Source: Styela clava
Taxonomy: Eukaryota
Assembly (NCBI RefSeq): GCF_964204865.1
Contig: NC_135263.1
Location: 12,214,001-12,278,000, forward strand
Direction: 5' to 3'
Length of the DNA stretch: 64,000 nt
Shown: positions 51,628 to 64,000 of the stretch, piece after piece
How positions within the stretch are numbered: position 1 is the first letter of the stretch
How the letters are laid out: each line of letters starts with the position of its first letter
Notes under the pieces: model-generated
Seen by the model: the letters and a program-made list of their open reading frames with translations, nothing else
Databases searched by the model: none
Told to the model about the DNA's origin: nothing
Position numbers and translations under genes: made by a program

Positions 51628-52005
51628 TGACACGCCATGGACAGTGTGATGCGATCGCTTCAGCTATGGTGGTGAGTGCTACCGATGTTGAGAAAAATTT
51701 TATCAATCCTGATACAGTGCAATAAATTTTGAATAGTTGTGCTTGTATCAATAAATGTACGTTAGGTTTTTACAAGTCGTAGTAGCCTCCTACTGTCTGT
51801 CTGATATCTGTTGAAATATGTGCTCTGGCTGGTACAGTGCGCTGAACACACTTTAATAATAATTGCTGGTCAGGATTGCATAATTAGTGCAAGTACTCTT
51901 TCGCTCACTACATTCAAAATTACAAATGTACATATAACCTGTTTAAGATGGTGCTGACATGAAACTTTATCCAGGAGCCCCGACTTAATTGAGTTTGGAT
52001 TAGAG

Positions 52006-52208
52006 CAGGGGTGGGCAAGGTATTTCGACCAGGGGCCAAAATTTTTGCCCAACTAGATAAGACTGTTGGCCATGTAAGTGTGACATAAAAAGTTACATTA
52101 TATGAACAATATTTACAGTGTTACATAGGCAAGAAATGAAAATTTGGTTTTCGTATTGCCGTGGCATGGGTCGGATTTGGCCCAGGGGCCATAGTTTTCC
52201 CAAGTCGG
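52006..52208. mobile_element. hAT (Charlie-type) MITE
   Basis: Starts CAGGGGTGGGCAA; GGGCC sub-terminal motifs; flanks gattagag / gactagag (7 of 8 match, NNCTAGAG-like target); right TIR degenerate. Confidence 0.65.
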
Positions 52209-52622
52209 GACTAGAGCCACGATTTATCAAAGACTCCAGTATTCGAATGATATTGATTTATACTTAAACTGAGCACTTGTGGGGTCAGGCCAGAGTGACT
52301 TGCAATTTGGGTTATGGACGCCCATCAAGCACCAATAAATTACCAGCTACTTGTTCCACACTGCCTTTACCATAGCGGTTCAATAATATGCATCAGTACA
52401 AATAGGGATACAGTATGTTTGTATTATTATATGGATAATTATGCCGCCATGTATAAACAAAATGGAACAGAGCATTTGTCGAATTCTAAAATTTTCTCTT
52501 TTGTTGAAATTCTTTGTCAATTGTACAAATTTGATTAGGGAAGACCATATTTATTTCATCTATGAGTGTCGCTGCCGATTCCAGTCGCCAGAGAAAATAA
52601 ATGAAGAACTATTCGGTAAACA

Positions 52623-53558
52623 TTATTTTTTTTCTTTCGTTTTCTTCGACTTGATCTTTCTTTTTCCACTGGATATCCTTAATTTTTTAGACTTGTTTCG
52701 TGATCCCAAACCAACCATATTCCACATTGCTTTTTTCTGTTCTCTTCTCCTTTTACAGTCACGCAGATACTCCAACTCACCCATGTCCATATCACGGATA
52801 TCTTCATGATTATCATTGTAATACACTGGAAGTCCGAGAGAATTATCAGTTTTAATATTCAACGAGCAAACATTATTCCAACCCCTCGGAGCGCTTTTCG
52901 CAACTTCAACTGCACACGCCATAATATTATCAACAATTTGTGACACTGAGAAAGTCATTTTCCCCGCTGTCATAATGCTGGATGATCCATTACCAGACAT
53001 AAACCATCTAGTGTTTCCAACGACATCGGAAATCTCCTTGCGAAGATCATCACATTCTATATCAACGGGCCACGGATGTTTTCGTTTTTCAAACAAATAT
53101 TTCCCTAGTAATTTTGGTAAACGATGAGATATAGATTTATCACAAAGAAATAGGTCGTACATATCCACCAATTTTCTTCTTGATTCATACTGTCTGTAAT
53201 CCAATCTCACTTGTCGAATGGGCATAAACTTTGTAATTGCAGATACTCCTTTTTCATTTAGAAGATTTTTATAATACTCTTCTGATTTTTCAGCATCATC
53301 CTCATCAAAATCAGGTGTGAAAAGACATATTTCAGAGTCTTTATATAATTCATGGGGCAACTTTATATATACAGACTTTTCTTTTACAGCAGGAATTTTG
53401 TGCAGCGTAACTTGGAGCTGTATGCAATTATGTTCTTCAAGTAAAGCTTTTTCATTTTCCTTTTTTTGTGCTTTAGCGATGTATTCTTTCAAGGCTTTCA
53501 CAGCCTTCGTTACTTGACCCTTATCCAGGGGACATGTAGTTTTCCAAGAATCATCCAT
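52623..53558 (-). CDS. RSL1D1: Ribosomal L1 domain-containing protein 1 (intronless CDS)
   Basis: QVTKAVKAL, IKLPH, EICLFTPD, YESRRKL...YDLFLCD, LPKLLGK...KRKHP.PV, IVDNI, GWNNV.SLNIKT..SL.LPVY, Lys-rich C-terminus. Acceptor at 53597 and a possible 5' UTR donor near 54083. Confidence 0.9.
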   Translation of the reverse strand: MDDSWKTTCPLDKGQVTKAVKALKEYIAKAQKKENEKALLEEHNCIQLQVTLHKIPAVKEKSVYIKLPHELYKDSEICLFTPDFDEDDAEKSEEYYKNLLNEKGVSAITKFMPIRQVRLDYRQYESRRKLVDMYDLFLCDKSISHRLPKLLGKYLFEKRKHPWPVDIECDDLRKEISDVVGNTRWFMSGNGSSSIMTAGKMTFSVSQIVDNIMACAVEVAKSAPRGWNNVCSLNIKTDNSLGLPVYYNDNHEDIRDMDMGELEYLRDCKRRREQKKAMWNMVGLGSRNKSKKLRISSGKRKIKSKKTKEKK

Positions 53559-54599
53559 TATGAGTTAAAAGTGTACTGTTTGGCAGTTTCATTTGACTGT
53601 AATAAAATTTAATTTTATTAAATATGGTAACAGCTAGCCTATCTGGTTTTCTAAATGTCCAACAATTTATCAATTCAAATTACGAATATGATATCTGGAT
53701 TCTCAGCGTATGGCGGTACTGATAGACAAACTCTCAAGCAGAGCAATAATTCTTTCAGTCTGTGGACCGCGCTTTCCCTAAAGCCTGAAAGTCCATCTTA
53801 AAAATTATTATGAGTTTGGAAGTCAATAAGAATTCAGATTAATTTTTATTAATCTCAGTAATATTACATTCACATGAAATTGTAACAGTCTATTGTGGGT
53901 ATTATTATTATAAGAGCCACATTCAACAAGAAACCTATGCGCAGATGCGGCTGTATGCTGGAATGAGTTGTACCAATGCCCTGTCTGACTAAATGAACAC
54001 AAGTATTAAACTTTTGAAATGTTCACGTGGTTTTTTCATTTCACCATCATGCTCACTTATATCCAGGTTTAAAATGCTCTTACCGGTAACCACTAACAGT
54101 CTAAACACAGAATCCAATGCCAATGCGGAGATCAGATGTTTGCACACAGTAGGCTACCGTGTACTGTTTGAGAGATTTGACTCGGGAATTCACGTGGGTC
54201 AGTAGAGCGACCGAGAGCGACATGCCAGATTCAGTTTTCCGGTTAATTAAGTAAGTAAGTGTTAAATGTTTTCCAAATTGCTTCTAAATTTTAGAATTGT
54301 TTATCATCATCCAAAAGCGCTTATTTTCGGGAAATATCTTATATTTTCATTTATTAAAAATAAAAATTTACAAAGTGGAGAATTACGAGATTTTCAAATA
54401 TACAAAAATAAAACCGATATCCATTTACTTATGAATACCCCGTTCTTATTCAAAACAACTGCAAAACATGGAACATCAATCATTTAAAATATGTAGGAGA
54501 GATTTCTTGCTATCGAATTTTAAAAATTCAGGCTAGGTCTTATTTTCGGGAAACCACGGTACACGCATGGGGTTAAAACCATACAAACATCAAGGACAG

Positions 54600-54945
54600 T
54601 AGGATAGGATAGGAGGATAGGATTTACATATTTATCCCGGGGGAGAGGAAAGCCGATAAGACGGCTTATCCATATGGCGAACCACGGCCTCTCGTCCGGT
54701 TACCATTCCGAGTCGGGTATGGGATTAGTTTTACTGTATTGTTTGTTTTCGGAAGCATGGACTTGGTGGTGGAGGAAGCCGTAACCGACCAGCGGTTACG
54801 TGAACCACCCAACGACGGCGAGGAGTCCAGCAATCCTCTCGCACATAACCACCATGGGATTCGAACCTGCGAACCCACGCAGAGTAATTAGAGGTGCGGT
54901 GGCGAGCGTATTCCTAACGCTTAGCCCGTTGAGCCACACCGCCGC
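54600..54945 (-). mobile_element. tRNA-derived SINE, full-length
   Basis: Minus strand: A-box TGGCTCAACGGG, B-box GGTTCGAATCC, unrelated body, (ATCCT)n tail; at least 7 related copies in the window. Confidence 0.88.
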
Positions 54946-55008
54946 GAAATTAAATTTTTTCGTTATCATAATTGGCATAAGAAACAAATATGGCGCATAC
55001 AAAATTCA

Positions 55009-55492
55009 ATGGATCTTTCCCCCGGGCATCGATTTCCTTGTTTACTTCCTGGCATTGGCCAATCAGCAAGATGCAAAAAGTGACGTAACAATGCTCCCTT
55101 TTCGCATTCGCTCAGACACTTCTCTCACTCAGACAGATTTTCAAGTGTGGTCGTAAACATTACCTCGTTTTCGCGTTTTTATACTCTATTCGTTAGTTTT
55201 CAGTCGTGTTTCGGAAACTCAAATATGAACCAGATAATGCAATGATCACTCTGTCTTCCTATGAGTTTTAATTTGATTGCGGTTATAAAAAATCAGTGTA
55301 GAAATAGCTGTGATAGACTAGGCTAAAAAAATTTACCGGTAGGCTACTTTAAAAAAAAACAGATGTTTGCGACGCATATCCCGTTTTACAGGTGCCAACT
55401 CGCAAAAGCACTATTAAAAGAGCCCCATAGATGTTGCAATGGTTAAGTATAGGAAGAATTTTTGGGGGGTCAAATGTCGGCGAGAGGTCCAT
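55009..55492. mobile_element. TIR MITE family A, copy 2
   Basis: ATGGATCTTTCCCCCG...CGGCGAGAGGTCCAT termini; internally collinear, in reverse, with 8054-8553. Confidence 0.8.
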
Positions 55493-55946
55493 TGCAGGGC
55501 TATGTTGTTAAAATATGGTGGCATAGGAAGCAAATTTGAAATTTTTATGAAGATGAGGCCTAATTTTATGAACATTTCACTATTGTCTTGTAAGCGTACG
55601 GCAATGCTGTTTTCCTACTAGATATGTAAATATTCAACAGGAAACGTACAAATGATACTATGATTTAAGGCAAACAGTACTTACCAAAATGATAGTAAAC
55701 GGACTTCGATACAATTATTGCCAAAATATCGTAAAGTCTACAAAAAGTTCTGAGCTTTTTTGCTATTTTATTAGAAATTCTACTTTTACACATTACCTGC
55801 AAGAATGAATCAATCAAATGCAAAGGATATGTCATTTTATGGTTAATTGTTTCATCTCGATAATCTTGTCCTTTTTGATTTATATGGAAGAGCTAAAACA
55901 AAAATTCATCCTCGATAATATTTGAATTCTGAGTAGGGGGCGATCT

Positions 55947-56247
55947 ATGGATGTTTCCACAAGCATCAGCTTCCTTTTTTACTACGTGACATTGGCCGAT
56001 CAGCAAGATGCAAAAAGTGACGTAACAATGCATCCGCTCAGACACTTTTCTCACTCAGACAGATTTTCAGGCGTGGTCGGGGAACATTACCTCGTTTTTT
56101 TGAATTTTATTCGTTAGTATTCAGTTGTGTTTCTAAAATTTAAATACGAATCAAATAATTCAATGATCACTTTGTCTTCTTGGGAGACTTAGTTTAACTG
56201 CAGTAATCAAAAATTAGTGTGGAAAAATTAGCAGTAACAGACTAGGC
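55947..56247. mobile_element. TIR MITE family A, copy 3 (truncated where a CAGTGGTTC-type hAT element begins at 56248)
   Basis: cagcaagatgcaaaaagtgacgtaac...ctcactcagacagattttca...agactaggc shared with copy 2; followed directly by cagtggttcttaac. Confidence 0.7.
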
Positions 56248-58769
56248 CAGTGGTTCTTAACTTTTTGAGCCGCGCCCCCCTTTGAAAAATTTAACAAACT
56301 TCGCGCCCCCCTATTTTTGCTTTGAAAAAATACTTTTGTGATGGGCAGGTTGCTATATATTAAGATGGCGCTATAAGAGTGTTGGTCTCATAGCGTCATT
56401 GCTCAGATTGTTTAGACATAAAACGCTTCGGAGTACAACTTCGTCATTCACTGTCGTATGTATAAAGCTAAATAATGGTTGGCCATCATACATTCTCGTT
56501 TTTCCCCTCAGTTTGCAATACCTGGCAAAGTCAAACTAATTTTTAAGTAAAACTAAACACGCAATAAACCTATGCTTTAATGTATTTTCTGCTTAAACGT
56601 TCACATAAGACACGTAAAATTTCAATCAATTGTTTACTTCATCACTATTGAACGATGCCAAAATTATTTACAGTGTGTTAAAAATAAGCAACAATTACAG
56701 ACTTCTTGGCGTGCCTAACGTTTCAAACAAAATGGAGAAGTACAAATGAATTTATGTAAATTTAAAAGCAGTTCATTTTTCAATAGTTATTATGCATGTG
56801 GACGTTTCCCCGGCCCTTGGCCACTGAAAATAAAGTCGCCAACGCGTTTGCGATTGCATTTTGTTTAAATCTCGATTGTTTTCGTAAGCGTGGCGTGCTA
56901 TTTAAGCCGTAAAAAACTTGATTTCGGTGTTTATTCTCCCCAAATCAGAAATTTCTCTCGACATATTCTTGTGTCGCGAAGACAATTATAATTACTTTTT
57001 CTGTTTTCGAATAGAACCCTGACACCTCTGGGGAAAACGAGTTAGTTTTTATTATATAATCATCAGCGACGAGATGCTATAGATAGAATAAAGTAGTGAA
57101 TCTGCAACCAAATATTTCTTTATTGTAAAAGCGAGATTATAAAATACTAAGAATAAAACGGAAAACACCATGAGTTTTGTTTCGTGGTGGACCACTACAG
57201 ATTAAAATTACTTTTTTAGACATTGCAACTCTTATAGATTCCTTGTGCCTGCGGCACACCAGTAGTGTTTTAAAACTACCGACTTGAAATAAATTTTACT
57301 CCATGGGATTTTATCGCAGACTAAGGAATTTATGCAACGGTGTTAAAATTAATCGAGCATTGCGATAGAGCGGAGTAAGAGTTGCAGGGACAGCTCATAA
57401 TGGTGAAATTGGCAAGAATACAAATCAAAACGTAATCGGGCACTTTGCCACACATTTCAGATTCAGATTCAGATATTTATTTTCGTCATGCAAAAAACAA
57501 TGCGCGATATGAAAAATGAATAAATAATATAATGTAACAAAATGTCAAATGGATATCGGCTTGTTGCAGTTGACGCGGAGTCGCGAAAAGACTCATAGAG
57601 TCATCTAGTCAGCGACACCTTGTAGCTGAAATTAAGCAGCAAATATAAGAAACGGGACACTCAATATTACACATTAATTTAATAAACTAACACGATCATA
57701 CAAAAAGACAAAAAATAAATAGAACTCAATATTACACATTGGCTTGCTTAATTGGACACAATCATTCGAAAAATGAAAAACAACAAAAAAAAACCTGAGT
57801 AACTACGGGATGCCACAATCCCTGTGGAATGATTAACAAACATGAAATAGGCTATAATCATACAAGAAAAAGAGCGGCAAAACATGCGAAATAAACTACG
57901 GAATGCGACAATGACTTTGGAATAAAAAAAGATTACTTTTAAATAAAACACAAGACAGATAAAAAAACATCAACAAATCGAAAATACACCACGGAATGTC
58001 ATGACGGACGCAACAGCGACATCTATAAATTGGTTATGCCTCGTTGAGTACGGAGCACAGCGAAATAGCGTTATGACTCAGCGTTCAGTCTACACCAAGA
58101 TGGCGTACCCAGCAACGGGAGTTTGCTGCTAGGGTTGAATTTGTGGCTATTTTCTGTTAAAGCGATTGCTAGTAAATTATTGGCTCTACAGATTAGTGCA
58201 GAATGAATTATGAGATCTGCATACTTCGTGTCGATTGCACTGGGCTGAAAATAGTAAGGAAATACCAGGACACAATATGCAGACAGAAGAAAATGGCAAG
58301 TTCCAAAAAGATGGATGGATATAGAAAACAACAGAAGGTAATGTTTTCAGATCAATGACAACTAGGCCTATAGGCATCAAGATATAGGCTTTTCAGTGCA
58401 TGTTTGTAAGAATTATAACTACTGGATCGAATGTTATTAGGGAGGTTATTCCACAATTTAACACCAACGAATTTGATCGAGTTTTGAGTTCGTTTGGTGC
58501 TGAAGCGATTTACATAATATGAGCACCCGACAGAGGAACGCGTTTCATAAGAGTGAACGTTGCTCTGTTTTAAAAAATAGTTGGTGAAAGCAACAGGGAG
58601 TTTTTTGCAGTGATGTTGGTGCATTATTTTCAATACCTCAATTTCATAAATATCTGCTAATTTAATAATTTTAAGACTATGATAAATAGGACTAAGTCGT
58701 GAAATATAACTGGCAGCAGAAATTGCACGAATTGCTCGGTTCTGAATAATTTCAATGCGGTGTAATAAG

Positions 58770-61158
58770 TAGGCTTACCATACGTCCCGGTTTAGCCGGG
58801 ACAGTCCCGGTTTTGACGAGCTGTCCCGGCCGGTTGACTCAAATGTCCCGGTTTGTCAGCACGACTGTCGTGGGTAAAAAATTCATATTCATTATTATTA
58901 CTATTTTTTTTCAACGGTGGCAGTTCATTTACCACTGTTTGCGACACACTTCGCTAGTTCAGAGAGAGAGAGAAATTGCTCTATTATTATGTCACAATCG
59001 GTATATGTTTTACTATCACACTGCTATTCATGGCCAAAGTTTTGACTGCACCTCTAAATTAATTTTTCTTTAGCCTAAATTTGCGTTAACTTGTAAATAT
59101 ACACAGTTAGAATTTCTGATGTCCGCTGTCTGATAAGCGGATTCGCTGATTTTGCACGCTTAGCCAGAAATAAATGATAGTCGGTGATTTTTAATTGCAT
59201 TGCTCCGCTGTTCTCCTCTGAACCTAATGACGATATACTTTAAACCAGTTTCGTATCAGTAACCTTCGATGCATCAAACAGAAAAAATTTAAAGCTTGTT
59301 CCAGTTGTGGTTCGTTATTTTTTACCTGATGTTGGTGTGAAGATAAAACTATTAGAATTCAAATCTTTACCCAGGGAAACCGCAATACTTGCTTTCTGTT
59401 CTCGGAAAAGTTGTTGGATTTTGGGCGGATAACTGCAGCACCAACTTTGGAGGCGTAAAAGACGAAAAACAAATAATGCTTTTTTTTTAAACTAAAAGAA
59501 ATATAACCGGTATAGATTGTGCGGCTCATGCAGTTCAACACTGCACTGCGATGCCCTTTCCAACATGCAGTAGATACTTTGCCTGTTTGTGTTGTTGTCA
59601 GAATGTATGATTATTTTTACATTCACACTGTCCGAGTAACAGAGCAGAAACCATTCTGCGATTTTGTTGATATTGAATATCAACGGCTATTACAGCATGG
59701 CAACACTCGGTTTCTCCCTTTATTACCTGCTTTGCAAAGGATTACGGAAATGTTTGAAAGCTTGATAAGTTATTCAAATTCTCAAGAAGGATGTCTTACT
59801 CTTATGCTTAAATGTTCCAACGTACGAACTTCACTTGAAATTTGTCCTTTGCCAGCTCACCTACTTCAGCAAAATTATTTTAATTTTGGAAAAAGATAAT
59901 AGTAATGCCTTAGATCAGGGGTCGGCAACCTACGGCCCCCGGGCCGGATCCGGCCCGCAGAGTATTATAATCCGGCTCGTGACGCTTCACTGAATTATAG
60001 TAACAAAACAGCCGTTTTGACGATTATATTTTTTGAACTAAATCATATTATAACCTTACAAGTATATAATTCACAATTACTCGTTTAATGAGCCTTTAAT
60101 TTAATTATAATTAGACAAATGGCAACAAAACGCAGAAAAGTTGATGCTAAGTGCAAATTCAATGGCGCTGAAAATATTCAAATGAAATTTTTTGAGATGC
60201 AATGAAGAAAAAAATCTATATTCTATTCGAGCTTTCTAAAAATATGTGCGGCCCGCCAATGACTCGCAACCCCTAATTTTGGCCCGCGATCGACAAAAGG
60301 TTGCCGATCCCTGTCGTAGATGTCAAAGGTGAAGCTAAATTTGAAAGAAAAAGGGTAAAGTCTGTTAATTCCGTCGCAATCGCTTGTACTTCTGAAATCC
60401 TTGGAACTCTCTAGCGAAATCGACGTAATGTTTGCGATTTTTACGAGAAATGTCTATCGTAGCTGCATGAGGAAGCCTACAATGCTGTCAGGCCAAACAT
60501 ATGGACAAATTTGAAGGGTGAAATAAACTGGACTGAAGTGATTGGTCTTCAAAATTGATAAATGATATATATGTTTGGTTGGCTAGTCAGATTTTGAATA
60601 GCGATGCACTTTTCGACAAATACCGATGAAGAGATATTTATTTGAGCATGGTTCAAATGCAATTTGGCTTACTTTGCCGGTTGAAATTAAGTGGACAGAG
60701 ATGTTTAACGTTTTTTGTAACAGAAATATTAGCATTTCGAATTTGCAGAAACTCGTAGATTTTGTTTGCCGGAACATCGGCATCTGTTGAACGGATTTTC
60801 TCCATAATTAAAATTTTTTGATTCGAAAGCAGGTTCAGAATGCCAGAAGAATATATAAAAGCACTCGTGACATGCAAATTTAATGGTGATGTCTCTTGTT
60901 ATCAGTTTTATGAAAAAATCAGAACATGAATTTTTGAAAAGGGTTCCATCTGCGGACAATACTTTTGGTCTAAATAAATAATACTCGTACAAACTATTTT
61001 TTTGTGTTTTTCCTAATTCAATGATCAGTAGAGATTTACAGCCGTATATACCCTTAATGACATGGTAGACGTTTCAATATTACAAAGACTGGCAATCGAC
61101 CGAATGTTTGCCAAATCGCACCGTCCCGGTTTTTTGTTTCAGATTTATGGTAAGCCTA
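58770..61158 (+). mobile_element. hAT DNA transposon (Blackjack/MER94-like termini) with a decayed transposase
   Basis: 13-bp perfect TIR TAGGCTTACCATA...TATGGTAAGCCTA; perfect 8-bp TSD GTAATAAG (58762-58769 and 61159-61166); GTCCCGG sub-terminal repeats; frameshifted remnants VTFDASNRKNLKLVPVVVRYF, CAAH, HGNTRF, PGTSASVERIFS. Confidence 0.9.
59916..60313. mobile_element. hAT Charlie/SPIN-type MITE nested inside the Blackjack-like element
   Basis: TIR CAGGGGTCGGCAACCT...AGGTTGCCGATCCCTG; GGCCC sub-terminal motifs; flanks ccttagat / tcgtagat (6 of 8 match); internal MATKRRKVDAKC resembles the N-terminus of Charlie/GTF2IRD2-type transposases. Confidence 0.85.
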
Positions 61159-64000
61159 GTAATAAGGTTTTATCAGCTGAACCCCAAGCAATTAAGCCAT
61201 ACTGGATATGGCTTTGAAATAAGGAATAGTAAATCATGCGTAAGGTGGTAAGCGATGTGTATCTTCTAAGCTTGTATAGCATTCCAACAGACTTGGATAA
61301 TTTAACGGCCAGGTTGGACAAGTGAATATCCCACTTCATTTTACTATCAATGTATATACCAAGATATTTAAAGGAATGGACATTTTCCAATTTTTTATTA
61401 TCAATTTGGATTTCCAAAACATTTTTCGATTTGCATTGGTATGGAGATATTAACATAGATTTTGATTTTTCAATGTTTAGTGTTAATTTATTGGCTTTCA
61501 TCCAACTTGACACTTTTGCAATTTCAGTATTTACTCTCAACGGAAGAACTGCACAAGATTTGTCGCTGTCAAGGAGATTAGTATCGTCAGCGAACAATTT
61601 GGAAAATAATGAAGAGCAATAAGTTATGTCGTTAATATATACGAGAAAAAGGAGAGGGCCCAAACAGCTACCTTGAGGAACTCCGTGCGTCACCGGTAAG
61701 GGAGAAGAACAGTATGATCCCACTTGAACATATTGAGATCTATTATTCAAATAACTAGAAATGAGTTTGCTTGCAATTCCCCGTATACCATAATGCCTCA
61801 ACTTAGAAATCAGGATGTCATGATTCACAGTATCGAAAGCTTTCTTTAGATCTAGAAAAGTTGCACTGACATACTCCTTTCTTTCCAATTTATCATAGAT
61901 ATATGATACTGTATCTAAAATGGCATGTGATGTAGAATAATTGCTCTGAAAACCGAATTGATATTTATTTATTACATCATATTTAGTTAAAAAATTTGCG
62001 AGTCTTTTATGTAACAAACGCTCAAACATTTTATCAATTGCTGAGAGGATTGATATTGGTCTATAATTTGAAATTAATTTTTTATTTCCAGATTTGAAAA
62101 GAGGAATAACCCGGGCGGTTTTGAGAGATGAAGGAAAGATTCCAAGTAACAGCGAGGAATTGAAGAATCTTGAGAGACAAGGGGCAATTATATCCGCAAC
62201 TAATTTGATGAAGCGCGCTGGGATGTTGTCTGGTCCTACAGCCTTCCTGTCGTTAAGATTTTGTATTTCGATTAAAATTTCATTCGCGGTGGATGAGCTC
62301 AAAAAGATGGATTGGCTCACACGATTGCGGAGAAAAGGTTCGAAGTTAGCTGTATCATTGGAAAACTTATCAGCCAGGCTGGACCCAATTGTTGAGAAGT
62401 ATTTGTTAAATTCTGTTGCGATTAAAAGTTCATCTCTAGTTATACAACCGTTTTCAGTATTAATTTCATCAATTTTATGCTTCAATTTCTTTTTTGCATT
62501 TGTGATTTGGCCAACTATTTGCCATGTTGACCTGGGATTACCTTTGGTTGTAGCAATAAGATTTTGATAATAGATTTGTTTAGCTTTATCTATGGTTCTT
62601 GACAAAATATTTCTATATTGTTTAAAGTAAGAGCTCTGGGAACTGTTACCTTTCAAGAAGTGAGTTTTAAACATTTTATTTTTGTGTCGAATACAAGCGT
62701 TTAGCCCTTTGGTTAACCATGGTTTTGATTGTAACCTTTTCTGACGCCGAGAAAGTGGTCGAAGTGGGGCATGGCGATCAATTAGGTGAACAAATGACTT
62801 TATAAAGTCGTCAAAAACACTATTAAAATTTTGGATATTTAAATTAATTCCAGCAAATTGATTAGCAAAAATTACCTCTGCATCACTACGAAAGCAATCG
62901 ATTGAGAATGTTGACATGTCCCTTGACATTCTGCGATTGTATGTGTATGATGGTTTGATGCCTCTCAGACAGCACATGATCGGAAAATGGTCTGTGATGT
63001 CTGACAGAACTATGTGGGAATCTATTTTTAGGTTTCTGATATTTGTATATACATGATCAATGAGAGTTTTATGGTTGCGGACTACCGTGGTATTTTGGAG
63101 TAGTGGTTCTTTTATTTTTTCGACGCAATCGCAGATTTAATTTATCACAATTAAATGAACAAGAGAGCTACGCACAAATATATGGACACGTCAGACCAGA
63201 GCGAATCAGTCCTTACCGGTACCTTTGACGCTACCGGTACCCTCAAAAAAGTTCTGAATTTCCAGTAGCAAGAATTTTGCAGAATCAAAACGTACAGCCA
63301 GTCATGACACTGACTAAAATCCGTGTTCCCATGGATAAAAAATAATACAGCAAAATTTTAGACGAAATATCAAATTTCATAGAATTCACGCAAAATTTTG
63401 AAATAAATAAAAGTAATAGCCTTCTAGTGTTAGATCTCCAGCGCCGGTAGTGTCTATTTCTTTATTGCTGACACGTTTGCATCTTCTCGTATGTCAACGT
63501 CGCAAACGTCTCAATTCATTACTCGCATTCGATGTGTTTCTTTATTATCTGTAGACCGAGCCGAGAAGGTTTCCGTCTACTGCAATTTGCGTGTTTACAT
63601 CGTTATTGTATCGCCTGGCGTTAGAGCCGAAATTGTAAATGCGCACAGCTAGTTTGCTGTTGCAATGCGTTACTTCTATGGCGATTTATCATTAGGAAAG
63701 CTGTATCATATTAATTATAGTGGGCTAATTATGGTTTCCTTTGTTTCATGCTTATTTAACTTGCTAATAGTTTAAAATTTGCTGCATTGAACTCTGAATT
63801 ATTGAACTGCAATTTGTAAATCTGTCCTGCGTTTTGATTGTTTTGTGAAATATTCTTGGTGAGTTTTTTGTATTTCACTGCATTTGGCTTGTTATGTAGT
63901 AGTCTTATTTGAATGAAGTACTGTTAGTATTATATTGGTGCCACAATTATTGCAGTAGGGTTAAGTACTGTTACTGTTGTGCTTATTTGTTCATGTTTAT

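Larger units (their letters stand above)
57456..63085 (-). mobile_element. 5'-truncated L2/CR1-group LINE (end of APE endonuclease plus RT), interrupted by a hAT insertion
   Basis: TLIDHVYTN...SDITDHFPI (APE C-terminus, about 63070-62978); RT motifs NYRPISIL, QFGF, FLDLKKAFDTV, GVPQGSCLGPLLF, LFADDT, FKYLG; continues at 58769-58352; 3' UTR and (ATCTGA)n tail at 57456. Confidence 0.93.

Noticed and set aside
54860-54945. tRNA gene (A-box and B-box present)
   Set aside because: No proper cloverleaf seen, extended A-B spacing, and it is attached to a repeated body and (ATCCT)n tail in several copies, so it is a SINE head.
61145-61158. Stop codon of the 610-aa RT ORF as the true end
   Set aside because: The stop lies in the inserted hAT TIR; the RT continues at 58769-58352.
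63090-64000. Probable further repeats beyond the LINE 5' truncation
   Set aside because: No second copy, termini or ORF in the window to support a call.
1-64000. CRISPR arrays, rRNA, prokaryotic operons and the remaining short ORFs in the track
   Set aside because: No repeat-spacer array or rRNA seen; the DNA is spliceosomal-intron eukaryotic. The other short ORFs are antisense or alternative-frame shadows of real exons, or lie within repeats.

Overview
AT-rich, intron-containing animal DNA. Gene compactness, the repeat types and the splice acceptors just ahead of start codons suggest an ascidian (tunicate), but that is an inference. I assembled exon chains by hand from GT-AG sites and reading-frame phase. 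Genes: the 3' nine exons of GALNT7 (+), whose 7-kb intron holds a three-exon antisense gene (about 502 aa; CtBP-type motifs, NLS and a C-terminal domain resembling a catalytically dead vertnin/OTU fold); a six-exon secreted trefoil protein with two canonical P-domains plus two copies of a 4-Cys repeat I do not recognise; EIF2B5 (15 exons, -), head-to-head with a seven-exon, about 934-aa disordered tail-anchored protein ending in a KASH-like peptide; and a compact, intron-poor MCEE-DUS4L-RSL1D1 block (MCEE-DUS4L is a candidate operon). Repeats: a tRNA-derived SINE family, piggyBac-type and hAT-type MITEs, an unclassified TIR MITE, and two L2/CR1-group LINEs, one split by a decayed hAT-Blackjack transposon that itself contains a Charlie-type MITE. 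No database searches were run; family comparisons are from recalled sequences and motifs.
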